Shown one piece after another: positions 8,062-17,507 of a stretch of 64,000 bases of DNA. The translations under genes were made by a program, and so were the position numbers. The notes under the pieces were generated by a model, which did not search any database, was not told the DNA's origin, and was given only the letters and a program-made list of their open reading frames with translations. Position 1 is the stretch's first letter. Each line of letters begins with the position of its first letter. Source of the stretch: Deltaproteobacteria bacterium. GTDB lineage: Bacteria; Desulfobacterota; Dissulfuribacteria; Dissulfuribacterales; QOAL01. The stretch spans positions 2,091 to 66,090 of the forward strand of contig JALWYO010000033.1 in assembly GCA_026992735.1 (NCBI GenBank), written 5' to 3'.

Positions 8062-11000
8062 ATGAGTACCCCAAAAGGTTCTGTGCTTGTTGTAGGAGGT
8101 GGAATTGCTGGTGTCCAGGCAGCTCTGGACTTGGCGGACAGCGGGTTCTATGTTCACCTGGTAGAGAAAAGCGCGGCCATTGGAGGAAGCATGTCACAGT
8201 TGGATAAGACGTTTCCCACCAATGACTGTTCTGCCTGTATACTTTCGCCAAAGCTGGTTGAGTGCGGAAGGCATCTTAATATAAATCTTCTTACCCTTTC
8301 CGAAGTTTTGTCTGTAGATGGTGAAGAGGGCGATTTTCAAGTAAGAGTGCGGCAGAATCCCAGGTATGTTGATCCTGAAAAGTGTATTGCATGCGGTAGC
8401 TGCGCTGAAAAATGTCCCAAGAAGGTGCCCAACGAATTTGACATGGGCCTTGGCAAGAGAAAGGCCATATATCTCAGATATCCCCAGGCAGTTCCCTTGA
8501 AATATGCCATTGATCCCGATCACTGCATATATCTTAAAAAGCCGGGCAGGTGCGGCTTCTGTGAAAAGGTCTGCCCTGCGGACGCCATAAATTTCAAGGA
8601 TCAACCCAAAGAACATCTGCTCAATGTGGGTTCTGTCATACTTGCGCTTGGTTTCAAGCCCTTTGATCCATCCGGGCTGGATTTTACAGGCTATGGAAAC
8701 TTGAAGAACGTGGTTACCAGTATGGAGTTTGAGAGGCTTCTCAGCCCTTCAGGCCCATGCCAGGGCCACATGGAAAGGCCTTCGGATCACCAGGAGCCGA
8801 AGAAGATCGCCTGGCTCCAGTGTGTCGGGTCCAGGGATATCAACAGGGCCTGTCATGGCTATTGTTCGTCTGTATGCTGCATGTACGCCATAAAACAGGC
8901 GGTGATCGCAAGAGAGCATTCTTCCAGCGGTGCTGTTGATGCAACGGTCTTCTATATGGATATGCGGACTCATGGCAAGGGCTTTGAGGCCTATTATGAC
9001 AGGGCCAGGGAAGAGGGAATTAAATTTCACAGGGCCAGGGTCCATACGGTCTCACCTGCTGAAAATGACAACCTGAAGGTTCGTTATGCAGGAGAGAATG
9101 GGGACATAAGAGAGGATGAGTTCGATTTGGTAGTCCTTTCCGTAGGCCTTGCGACAGATCCGCAGGTCATCAAGCTTGCCAACGACCTGGGCATAGAGCT
9201 GGATTCAGACAGCTTTGCCAGGACAACATGCCTCAGGCCCGTAGAGACCAGCAGGAACGGCGTGTTCGTATGCGGGGCCTTGGCAGAGCCCAAGGATATC
9301 CCCCAGTCTGTCATGGAGGCCAGTGCTGCAGCCCTTGAAGCAGAGCGGATACTCTATCCTTCCAGGTGGACTGAAACAAAGGAAAAACATTTCCCCAAGG
9401 AAAGAGACGTACATGCAGAGCCGCCGCGTATAGGTGTCTTTGTATGTTCCTGCGGGATAAACATAGCCGGAGTGGTAGATGTCCAGGCAGTGACGGATTA
9501 TGCCTGGAAATTGCCAGGCGTGGTATTTGCCCAGAACAACCTGTTTACCTGTTCGCAGGATACCATCAATCAAATGGCAGAGACCATCAAGAGAGAACGG
9601 CTGAACAGGGTGGTCGTGGCTTCATGCACACCCAGGACCCATGAGCCACTGTTTCAGGAAACATTGCGCGAGGCCGGTATCAACAAGTACCTGTTTGAGA
9701 TGGCCAACATCAGGGATCAGGATTCATGGGTGCATCAGCGGCAGCCTGAGGCAGCCACTGAGAAGGCCAAGGACCTGGTGAGGATGGCTGTGGCAAAGGT
9801 AAGGGGAGATGATCCCCTACCGTACAATACCGTGCCTGTTATAAAATCCGCCATGGTCATTGGTTCTGGCGTGGCAGGCTTGACGGCAGCGCTTTCCCTG
9901 GCAGACCAGGGCTTTCCTGTGACTCTTGTGGAAAGGAAGGACAGGCTTGGCGGGCATGCGCACAAGTTTTTCAGGACATGGCAGGGGCAGGAGATGCAGC
10001 CCTATCTGAGTGAGCTGGTGTCCATGGTTGAGGCCAGTGATCTGATAGATGTGCATCTGGGCACCACGGTCCAGGATGTCTCAGGTTCAGTTGGCCAGTT
10101 TACCAGTATCTTGACGGATGGTACCGAGGTGAAACATGGTGTGGCCATCGTTGCCGTTGGCGCCGAATCGTTCAAGCCCAGAGAAGGCAGGTGGAATTAC
10201 CTCTATGGCAAGAATCCCAATGTTCATACGCTCCTGGAACTGGACCAGAGATTTATAAAGGATGATCCGGGCTTAAAGGGCCTTAACCAGGCGGTCTTTA
10301 TCCATTGTGTCGGCTCAAGGGTGCCTGAGCGTCCTTACTGCAGCAGGGTATGCTGCACCCATGCAATAGACCAGGCCCTGCACCTGAAAGAAATGAATCC
10401 GGACATGGATATCTTCATGCTCTACAGGGATATCCGCACCTATGGCAAGAGAGAGCATCTATATCAGGAGGCAAGGGCCAAGGGCATAATTTTCATCCGC
10501 TATGACCTGGAAAACCTTCCCAGAGTCTCGGAAGAGAACGGCAGCATGGTAGTCAAGGTCAGGGACCCGATAATCGATGCCAGCGTGACGCTTCATCCTG
10601 ACCTGCTGATATTGGCCTCTGCGGTGCGGCCCAGGGATGATGTCGGAGGCCTCTCCAAGCTGTTCAAGTGCGCCATGACCGGAGACGGTTTCCTGCTGGA
10701 GGCCCACATGAAGCTGCGCCCTGTGGATTTCGCCACGGACGGCGTTTACCTGGCAGGCCTGTGTCATTATCCAAAGCCGGTGGAGGAGACTATAGCCCAG
10801 GCAAAGGCCGCTGCTTCCAGGGCGGGCCTGGTCCTCTCCAGGGATGCGGTTCCGGCAGAAAGCATAACTGCGGTTGTGAACCTTCAAAAGTGTACCGGTT
10901 GTGCAGTATGTGCCAGGGTCTGTGCCTATCATGCGGTAAATATGGACGAGAACAGCGGCAAGGCACAGGTTGACACCGGGCTATGCAAGGGCTGTGGAGC

Positions 11001-11097
11001 ATGTGTGGCAGGTTGCCGTTCCGATGCAATAACATTAAAGAACCTTGGAAATGAACAGATAATGGCTGCAGTGGAAGCGGCCATGGAAGATTTTTAG
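8062..11097 (+). CDS. hdrA: HdrA-family FAD/Fe-S protein, tandem double-HdrA fusion
   Basis: 1011-aa ORF. It has two FAD Rossmann motifs (VVGGGIAGVQAA; VIGSGVAGLTAA), two CSxVCC motifs (GYCSSVCCMYAIKQA; PYCSRVCCTHAIDQA) and several ferredoxin CxxCxxCxxxCP motifs. It starts 3 nt after the preceding gene. Confidence 0.9.
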   Translation: MSTPKGSVLVVGGGIAGVQAALDLADSGFYVHLVEKSAAIGGSMSQLDKTFPTNDCSACILSPKLVECGRHLNINLLTLSEVLSVDGEEGDFQVRVRQNPRYVDPEKCIACGSCAEKCPKKVPNEFDMGLGKRKAIYLRYPQAVPLKYAIDPDHCIYLKKPGRCGFCEKVCPADAINFKDQPKEHLLNVGSVILALGFKPFDPSGLDFTGYGNLKNVVTSMEFERLLSPSGPCQGHMERPSDHQEPKKIAWLQCVGSRDINRACHGYCSSVCCMYAIKQAVIAREHSSSGAVDATVFYMDMRTHGKGFEAYYDRAREEGIKFHRARVHTVSPAENDNLKVRYAGENGDIREDEFDLVVLSVGLATDPQVIKLANDLGIELDSDSFARTTCLRPVETSRNGVFVCGALAEPKDIPQSVMEASAAALEAERILYPSRWTETKEKHFPKERDVHAEPPRIGVFVCSCGINIAGVVDVQAVTDYAWKLPGVVFAQNNLFTCSQDTINQMAETIKRERLNRVVVASCTPRTHEPLFQETLREAGINKYLFEMANIRDQDSWVHQRQPEAATEKAKDLVRMAVAKVRGDDPLPYNTVPVIKSAMVIGSGVAGLTAALSLADQGFPVTLVERKDRLGGHAHKFFRTWQGQEMQPYLSELVSMVEASDLIDVHLGTTVQDVSGSVGQFTSILTDGTEVKHGVAIVAVGAESFKPREGRWNYLYGKNPNVHTLLELDQRFIKDDPGLKGLNQAVFIHCVGSRVPERPYCSRVCCTHAIDQALHLKEMNPDMDIFMLYRDIRTYGKREHLYQEARAKGIIFIRYDLENLPRVSEENGSMVVKVRDPIIDASVTLHPDLLILASAVRPRDDVGGLSKLFKCAMTGDGFLLEAHMKLRPVDFATDGVYLAGLCHYPKPVEETIAQAKAAASRAGLVLSRDAVPAESITAVVNLQKCTGCAVCARVCAYHAVNMDENSGKAQVDTGLCKGCGACVAGCRSDAITLKNLGNEQIMAAVEAAMEDF

Positions 11098-11112
11098 GCA
11101 AAGGCGCAGACT

Positions 11113-11553
11113 ATGAATGATATATCAAAAAGCAAGGGGGCGTGGGAGCCCAAGATCATCGCCTTTCTCTGCAACTGGTGCAGCTATGCCGGTGCTGACC
11201 TGGCCGGGGTGAGCAGATATCAGTATCCCCCGTCTATCAGGATAGTCCGTGTTCCCTGTTCAGGCCGGGTAAGTCCTAACCTGATACTGGATGCGCTCCG
11301 TTCAGGTGCTGACGGCGTGCTGGTTTCAGGCTGTCATCCCGGGGACTGTCACTATATCAGCGGCAACTACTATGCCAGGAGGCGTTTTGCCCTGCTCAAG
11401 AGATTTCTGGAATTTGTAGGGGTGGAGCCTGACAGGGTGAACTTTACCTGGATTTCTGCATCAGAAGGTGAGCAGTTTGCGCAGGTTGCTACAGAGGTGA
11501 CAGAGCGTGTGAGAAAACTCGGCCCGGCAACACATCTGTTAAAGGAATTTTGA
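11113..11553 (+). CDS. mvhD: MvhD/FlpD-like [2Fe-2S] protein (methyl-viologen-reducing hydrogenase delta-subunit family)
   Basis: 146-aa ORF. The motifs KIIAFLCNWCSYAGADLAG ... RVPCSGRV ... VSGCHPGDCHY are characteristic of MvhD. Confidence 0.9.
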   Translation: MNDISKSKGAWEPKIIAFLCNWCSYAGADLAGVSRYQYPPSIRIVRVPCSGRVSPNLILDALRSGADGVLVSGCHPGDCHYISGNYYARRRFALLKRFLEFVGVEPDRVNFTWISASEGEQFAQVATEVTERVRKLGPATHLLKEF

Positions 11554-11555
11554 TC

Positions 11556-12599
11556 ATGTCCACTGTAAATGAAAAGATAACCTCTGAAATCAGGGAAAAG
11601 GTCCGCGAGCTGCTGGCATCAGGTCATGTGGCAGCCTTTTTGGGCTATACCTCCGGTTCAGTCCCTATGGTCATGCAGCCTCTGATCATCAGGACCCCGG
11701 AGGATGCTGACAGGCTTGAGTGGAACAGTTTTTGTGTTCTGAACCTTGCCAACTATCTGCCTGCACTACTCAAGAGTTTTGAGCCACCCAGGCGCCCGGG
11801 CGATCCTCCTCCAGAGGGTCCTCTTCCAAAGGTTGGGGTCCTGGCAACAGGCTGCTGGTCAAGAAACATGGTAATTCAGGTCCAGGAAAACCAGGTGGAC
11901 AGGGACCGTGTTGTGGTCGTGGGTATTTCCAGCAGGGGCATGGTTGACAGGAAAAAGGTGCTTGCAGCAGTAGGTCACAGGGATGTAACTGCTGTTTACG
12001 AGTATGATCATAGCCTTAAGGTTTCAGGGCCTGGTTATGAGCGGGAGATAAACCGCTGGGATGTTGTAAGAGATAACTGCCGGACCTGTGTCCATCCTGA
12101 TCCTGTTATATTTGATCACATGATAGGTGATCTCAAGGGTGAGAGGGATGTCGCTGACCGTTTCAGGCAGGTGGAAGATATCGAGGTCCTTGCTCCAGAG
12201 GATAGATGGAGCTGGTTCTCCACTGAAATTGCTTCCTGCATAAGGTGTTACGCATGCAGGAATGCATGTCCTCTCTGCTATTGCCCCACATGTTTTGTGG
12301 ATGATTCCAGGCCGCAATGGGTTGGCAAGAGTATAGACAAGGCGGACACAGCCATTTTCCATATACTGAGGGCTTACCACTGTGCAGGCCGCTGTACTGA
12401 TTGCGGCTCCTGTGAAAGCGCATGTCCCATGGGGATAAAGATGAGAATCCTGACCAGGAAACTCCAGAAGGATGTCCTTGAACTCTATGGCGCAGAGGCA
12501 GGTATGGATATGCAGAGTCCTCCACCTCTTAGTACTTACAAGATGGACGATCCACAGGATTTTATCCTGACAGAATCTATCAAGGGTGAAGAAAAGTGA
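11556..12599 (+). CDS. 4Fe-4S dicluster protein (Hdr-associated electron-transfer subunit)
   Basis: ORF track 11550..12599 begins at TTG; I prefer ATG 11556. Cluster motifs are CIRCYACRNACPLCYCPTCF and CTDCGSCESACPMG. The stop overlaps the next start (GTGA). Confidence 0.75.
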   Translation: MSTVNEKITSEIREKVRELLASGHVAAFLGYTSGSVPMVMQPLIIRTPEDADRLEWNSFCVLNLANYLPALLKSFEPPRRPGDPPPEGPLPKVGVLATGCWSRNMVIQVQENQVDRDRVVVVGISSRGMVDRKKVLAAVGHRDVTAVYEYDHSLKVSGPGYEREINRWDVVRDNCRTCVHPDPVIFDHMIGDLKGERDVADRFRQVEDIEVLAPEDRWSWFSTEIASCIRCYACRNACPLCYCPTCFVDDSRPQWVGKSIDKADTAIFHILRAYHCAGRCTDCGSCESACPMGIKMRILTRKLQKDVLELYGAEAGMDMQSPPPLSTYKMDDPQDFILTESIKGEEK

Positions 12600-13624
12600 A
12601 GGTTTTGATCCTCGACAAGGCAGGTTTTCAGGACTGGCTTAGGGCGCTTGCCGGTGAGTTTGATATAATTGGTCCGGCTGAAAATACAAAGGGCCTGCTG
12701 GATTGGAATAAGCTGGAGCCAGGTGAATTACCGGATTTCAGGCCCGGCCTGCCCAAAAGTTCCATAAAGACGTTTTTCTTTCCGCAGCCGGAGACACTTC
12801 TGGAATTTTCTGCGAGGCCAGGAGATGATCAGGCCTTCAGGCCGCATGAACCATCTGAAGGCAGAAGAGCAAGGCTTTTGGCAGGTGTCAGGCCCTGTGA
12901 TGCAAGGAGCGTGGCCCTGAACTCTATGCCTTATGCCAGTGATCCTTACTTTCTTAAAAACAGGGAGAACGTGGCCATGGTAGGCCTTGCATGCACTCAG
13001 GGCTGTTCCACCTGTTTTTGTACGTGGACAGGGGGATCTCCTGTGGGTTCAGATGGCATGGATGTAATGGCGTATCCATTGGGAGATGCCTTTGCTCTTG
13101 AGCCAGTTACCGGCAGGGGCAAAGACATGCTTCTTAAAGCCTCGTCTGCAAGGGAGGCTGCCCAGGAAGATCTGGCTGCCCTGGATGCATTAAAGGCCTC
13201 AGCTCCGTCTTCCCTGCCCGATGCCATGGACCCTGCATCGGTTCTCAGGGAAAAAGAATTGATGTCATTGTACAATGCATCTTTCTGGCAAGGGCTTTCC
13301 GAATCCTGCCTGAACTGTGGCACATGCACATTCCTCTGTCCCACCTGCTACTGCTTTGATATCCAGGACGAGACCCTGAAGGGAAAGGGCCGCAGGATCC
13401 GCTACTGGGATTCCTGCATGTTTCCTCTTTTTACCCTCCATGCATCAGGGCACAATCCCAGGGGTGAGAAGGTCAAGAGGGTCAGGAACCGGTTCATGCA
13501 CAAACTGAAATATTTTCCCGATCGTTTCGGTCCGCTCTCATGCGTTGGATGCGGGCGCTGTGTAAGGGACTGCCCGGTAAACATAGACATAAGACAGGTC
13601 ATGAAAGATCTTCTTGCAATCTGA
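12596..13624 (+). CDS. AsrA / sulfhydrogenase-beta-like 4Fe-4S protein
   Basis: 342-aa ORF with a GTG start. Motifs CLNCGTCTFLCPTCYCFD ... YWDSCMF ... CVGCGRCVRDCPVNIDI match the anaerobic sulfite reductase subunit A / HydB-type family. Confidence 0.8.
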   Translation: MKVLILDKAGFQDWLRALAGEFDIIGPAENTKGLLDWNKLEPGELPDFRPGLPKSSIKTFFFPQPETLLEFSARPGDDQAFRPHEPSEGRRARLLAGVRPCDARSVALNSMPYASDPYFLKNRENVAMVGLACTQGCSTCFCTWTGGSPVGSDGMDVMAYPLGDAFALEPVTGRGKDMLLKASSAREAAQEDLAALDALKASAPSSLPDAMDPASVLREKELMSLYNASFWQGLSESCLNCGTCTFLCPTCYCFDIQDETLKGKGRRIRYWDSCMFPLFTLHASGHNPRGEKVKRVRNRFMHKLKYFPDRFGPLSCVGCGRCVRDCPVNIDIRQVMKDLLAI

Positions 13625-13648
13625 ATACCCTGTTGAGAGAGAAAAGTA

Positions 13649-14482
13649 ATGAATCCCTATCTGCCTTATCCTGCAAGGATAGATGACATAATAGTAGAGA
13701 CCGAGGACGGCAACCTGAAGACATTCAGGCTGGTCCTGGAAGACAGTAATGACCGGGAGGCATGGACGCATGTGCCTGGCCAGTTTGCCATGCTGAGTAT
13801 TGCCGGCAAGGGTGAAATCCCCATCGGCATTGCATCCTCTCCTACTGAAAAGGGCCATATCCTGTTTACCGTTAACAGGGCAGGCGTGGTGACAACGGCC
13901 CTACACAAGATGAATGTTGGTGATCCTATTGGCGTGAGAGGCCCTCTTGGCAACGGATTTCCCGTGAACTCGGAACTGAAAGGCAAGAATATAGTTATAA
14001 TTGCAGGCGGTTTCGCATTCACAACACTCAGGGCCACGCTGATATACATGCTGGAGCACAGAGATGATTATGGCAGGATAACCGTTATTTACGGTGCCAG
14101 GACTCCTGGAATGCTCCTGTATAAAGATGAGCTCACTGCATGGCAGCAGAGAGATGATCTCGATGTCCATATCACCATAGACAGGGAAGCCCCTGGATGG
14201 ACAGGACTTGTAGGTTTTGTCCCAACAATTGCCGGGCAGGTAAAACCATCCCCTGAAAATGCAGCAGCCTTGATATGCGGCCCTCCTATAATGATAAAGT
14301 TTACAATGCCGCCGCTGGAAGAAGTTGGATGGACAGATGATCAGGTCTATCTTTCCCTTGAGAACCGGATGAAATGCGGCTTGGGCGTATGTGGCCACTG
14401 TAACGTGGGGCCTGTCTATGTCTGCAAGGACGGCCCGGTTTTTACCAGGGCACAGGTGCAGAAACTGCCTGTGGAATTCTGA
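13649..14482 (+). CDS. AsrB / PyrK-like FAD-NAD(P)H oxidoreductase with a C-terminal [2Fe-2S] site
   Basis: 277-aa ORF with a ferredoxin-reductase-type fold (FAD-binding and NAD-binding halves, IIAGGFAFTTL). The C-terminal motif CGLGVCGHCNVGPVYVCKDGPVF resembles the PyrK/AsrB cluster motif. Confidence 0.8.
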   Translation: MNPYLPYPARIDDIIVETEDGNLKTFRLVLEDSNDREAWTHVPGQFAMLSIAGKGEIPIGIASSPTEKGHILFTVNRAGVVTTALHKMNVGDPIGVRGPLGNGFPVNSELKGKNIVIIAGGFAFTTLRATLIYMLEHRDDYGRITVIYGARTPGMLLYKDELTAWQQRDDLDVHITIDREAPGWTGLVGFVPTIAGQVKPSPENAAALICGPPIMIKFTMPPLEEVGWTDDQVYLSLENRMKCGLGVCGHCNVGPVYVCKDGPVFTRAQVQKLPVEF

Positions 14483-14529
14483 TGTTCAGGTTACTTGACC
14501 TTAAGCCAACAGTGGGCTAAAAATCTGCC

Positions 14530-15654
14530 ATGACTTCCAAGAACAATAATTTCGGCCCACCGCCTCTTAAGATAGGCCACATAGAATCACGTTATCCCAT
14601 TATCCAAGGCGGCATGGGGGTGGGCATATCCATGGCGGGGCTTGCTTCTGCTGTTGCAAGGGCAGGTGGAATCGGCGTTATTGCCGGGGTTCTCATTGGC
14701 ATCACTGAAAAGGACTTTGCTTCTGATCCTCAGGGTGCAACCCACAGGGGGTTTGCGAAACAGATAGAGAAGGCTAAAGAACAGTCAGGCGGCGGTCCAA
14801 TCGGTGTTAACATAATGGTGGCCCTGCAGGATTATGATGAAATGGTGGAGATTGCTGCCAGGGCAGGGGCTGATCTCATTATCAGCGGCGCCGGGCTGCC
14901 TTTGAAGATGCCCGCCATGATACCTGATGGCTGTGATACCGCCCTGGTGCCCATAGTGTCTTCCGGCAGGGCAGCACAGCTCCTGTGTCGCAGGTGGAAA
15001 CAGCACTATGACCGTTTGCCGGATGCATTCGTGGTAGAAGGCCCCAAGGCTGGCGGACACCTTGGCTTTAAGGCAGAGGACCTGGAGAAGCCTGAATCCC
15101 AGGTGGAAAACCTGGTGCAGGAAGTGATAGATGCGGTAATACCCTATCGCGAGAAATACGGAGCTCCGATTCCGGTTATTGCAGCAGGCGGCATTTACAC
15201 AGGTAGCGATATATACCGTTTTCTAAAGATGGGAGCTGCCGGTGTACAGATGGGCACCAGGTTTGTGGCTACCAATGAATGTGATGCATCCGATGAGTTC
15301 AAGAACGCCTATCTCAGGGCCAAGAAAGACGACATTCTCATAATCAAGAGCCCGGTGGGCATGCCGGGACGTGCTCTCAAGGGTCCGTTCCTGGAGAAGA
15401 TGGCCCGCGGGGAAAAACATCCCAAGAAATGCGCCTACAAATGTATAAGGACCTGCCGTTATCCAGATACTCCTTACTGTATCAGCATGGCTCTGGTGAA
15501 TGCGCAGCGGGGCAATCTTAATGCCGGTTTCGTTTTCTGTGGTGAAAATGTCTGGAGGGTGGACAAGATAGTCCCGGTGGAAGGGCTTATACAGGAACTC
15601 GTGGAGGGCTACAGGGCGAGCGCAGCCAAGGATATGACAGCGGCAGACAGCTGA
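14530..15654 (+). CDS. nitronate monooxygenase / FabK-like FMN oxidoreductase family protein
   Basis: 374-aa ORF. PIIQGGMGVGIS and a TIM-barrel pattern typical of the NMO (2-nitropropane dioxygenase) family. It carries an extra Cys-rich C-terminal segment (KKCAYKCIRTCRYPDTPYC). Confidence 0.8.
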   Translation: MTSKNNNFGPPPLKIGHIESRYPIIQGGMGVGISMAGLASAVARAGGIGVIAGVLIGITEKDFASDPQGATHRGFAKQIEKAKEQSGGGPIGVNIMVALQDYDEMVEIAARAGADLIISGAGLPLKMPAMIPDGCDTALVPIVSSGRAAQLLCRRWKQHYDRLPDAFVVEGPKAGGHLGFKAEDLEKPESQVENLVQEVIDAVIPYREKYGAPIPVIAAGGIYTGSDIYRFLKMGAAGVQMGTRFVATNECDASDEFKNAYLRAKKDDILIIKSPVGMPGRALKGPFLEKMARGEKHPKKCAYKCIRTCRYPDTPYCISMALVNAQRGNLNAGFVFCGENVWRVDKIVPVEGLIQELVEGYRASAAKDMTAADS

Positions 15655-15717
15655 TCCAGCCATTTGGGCTGTTAATTAATGCCCATCTGCCGCCAATCCC
15701 TTGTTTTTGTTAAAGGG

Positions 15718-16788
15718 TCATTCCAGGATCTTTGTCCAGTTAAATTTATCTTCCTTGTCACCATATTGAATGGTTGTGATTTCATCGAACAGGCGCTGTG
15801 CCAGGGGGCCGGTCTGCCCCTTGTTGATCTCTATGTTCTTGCCCATGTAGTAGAGGGATCCAACAGGTGATATCACAGCGGCAGTGCCTGAGCCAAAGGA
15901 TTCCTGGAGCTGGCCCGATTCCGCTTTTTCTATGACTTCATCAATGGAGATGGCCCGCTCTTCCACCTTTATGCCCCATGATCTGGCCATCTGGATAACT
16001 GAATCCCTTGTGATGCCAGGGAGTATGCTGCCAGACAGCGCTGGGGTCACCAGCACATCATCTATCATGAAGAAGATATTCATGGTGCCAACTTCTTCAA
16101 TGTATTTTCTCTCCGCAGCATCCAACCATAGGACCTGGGTGAAGCCGAGTTCCTTGGCCTCTTCCGATGCCATGAGGCTTGCGGCATAATTGCCAGCAGT
16201 CTTGGCCTCGCCAACTCCGCCTTTGGCAGCCCTTACGAATTTTTCAGTTACAAATATCTTTACGGGATTGAAACCCTCGGCATAATAGGCACCTACTGGG
16301 CAGAGTATGATGGAGAAGAGGTACTGTTTCGCAGGCCTGACACCGAGAAATGCCTCTGTCGCCACCATGAACGGCCTGATGTAAAGAGATGTTCCATGCT
16401 GGCCCGGCACCCATCTGGACTCTATTTTTACCAGTTCTTCAATGGCCTGAAGGATATCGGCTTCGTTGATCTGTGGCATGCACATGCGCCATGTAGACCG
16501 GTTCATCCGTTTCATGTTCTCGTCTGGCCTGAACAGCCTTATTTGCCCGTCAGTTCCTCTGTACGCCTTAAGCCCCTCAAATATGGCCTGCCCGTAGTGC
16601 AGTGCCACGGCTGCAGGGTCCAGACTGAAATTTCCATAGGGTACTATCCTTGGAGAATGCCAGCCCTTGCCGTCATCGTAGTCCATGAGGAACATATGAT
16701 CCGTGAAGTGTATGCCAAATCCCAGATTATTTGCATCAGGGAGGGGCTTTAGTTCGCTTTCGGCCTTTAGCTCTTTTTGTATTTCCAT
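15718..16788 (-). CDS. ilvE: branched-chain amino acid aminotransferase
   Basis: 356-aa ORF with a class-IV aminotransferase pattern (HYGQAIFEGLKAYR, GGVGEAKTAGNYAASL, EEVGTMNIFF). Confidence 0.9.
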   Translation of the reverse strand: MEIQKELKAESELKPLPDANNLGFGIHFTDHMFLMDYDDGKGWHSPRIVPYGNFSLDPAAVALHYGQAIFEGLKAYRGTDGQIRLFRPDENMKRMNRSTWRMCMPQINEADILQAIEELVKIESRWVPGQHGTSLYIRPFMVATEAFLGVRPAKQYLFSIILCPVGAYYAEGFNPVKIFVTEKFVRAAKGGVGEAKTAGNYAASLMASEEAKELGFTQVLWLDAAERKYIEEVGTMNIFFMIDDVLVTPALSGSILPGITRDSVIQMARSWGIKVEERAISIDEVIEKAESGQLQESFGSGTAAVISPVGSLYYMGKNIEINKGQTGPLAQRLFDEITTIQYGDKEDKFNWTKILE

Positions 16789-17023
16789 CTTTTTGAATAC
16801 CTCGCCAGCATGAAAATTTCACCAGGGAGGAATATGCAGTGCGGCACTGCAGATCCTTCTACAATCCTGCCAAAGGACAGAATGCCCTGATGGATGCCAC
16901 AATAACTCGGGTCAAGGCATGATGTCCATAGGCAGAATCCATCTTGTGGGAAAGGCATCTCTTTAAAGAATTGAGGTAATTGTATTATTGGTTTTAGGTC
17001 ACTTGCAGTACGATTGGCAATGA

Positions 17024-17057
17024 AGAAAAAACAGAAAAGGCTGGACAAGCCAGCCTT
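17024..17057 (-). terminator. rho-independent terminator after tRNA-Ala
   Basis: On the minus strand: AAGGCTGG-cttgt-CCAGCCTT followed by TTCTGTTTTTT. Confidence 0.6.
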
Positions 17058-17068
17058 TGTTTGCCTTC

Positions 17069-17144
17069 TGGTGGAGCTGAGCGGGATCGAACCGCTGACC
17101 TCGTGAATGCCATTCACGCGCTCTCCCAACTGAGCTACAGCCCC
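17069..17144 (-). tRNA. tRNA-Ala (anticodon GGC)
   Basis: The reverse complement folds as a 76-nt cloverleaf: GGGGCTGTAGCTCAGTTGGGAGAGCGCGTGAATGGCATTCACGAGGTCAGCGGTTCGATCCCGCTCAGCTCCACCA. It has the G3:U70 Ala identity pair, an anticodon loop AUGGCAU (GGC), a GGTTCGATCC T-arm and an encoded CCA. Confidence 0.95.
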
Positions 17145-17156
17145 AATGGGATCTTT

Positions 17157-17185
17157 TAAATAACATGGTGGGCGAAATCAGTCAA
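17157..17185 (-). promoter_or_regulatory. candidate sigma-70 promoter of tRNA-Ala
   Basis: On the minus strand: TTGACT (-35), a 17-nt spacer, then TATTTA (-10). The -10 ends about 12 nt before the tRNA 5' end. Confidence 0.4.
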
Positions 17186-17507
17186 CCTTGGGCATGGCCA
17201 TGTGTACCCGGCAGGCCGCGGAGGTTTTTTATACGCAAGCCCGGCTGGGGACTTGAAAAAAACGGCTGATCAAAACAGGACAAAAGATTGCTGATTATGT
17301 TATGAAAGAAACATTAAAGACAGGACTGCTGTAACGTCTGGGTATGGAAAACTGCAATTTGGGCAGAGAGCCTGGCAGTTTTCGCAAAAAGGCTTTGTGT
17401 GAGAACCCTGTTCGAACAGACGGCAGCTCTGATCAGGGCCGGGACAACTGCATGAGATTATAAGTGATTATCTTTCTTCATGATGCAAAAATTTAATCGG
17501 TGACAGG

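Noticed and set aside
16767-17129. A 120-aa minus-strand ORF.
   Set aside because: It overlaps tRNA-Ala (17069-17144) and its terminator. It has no SD and an implausible sequence.
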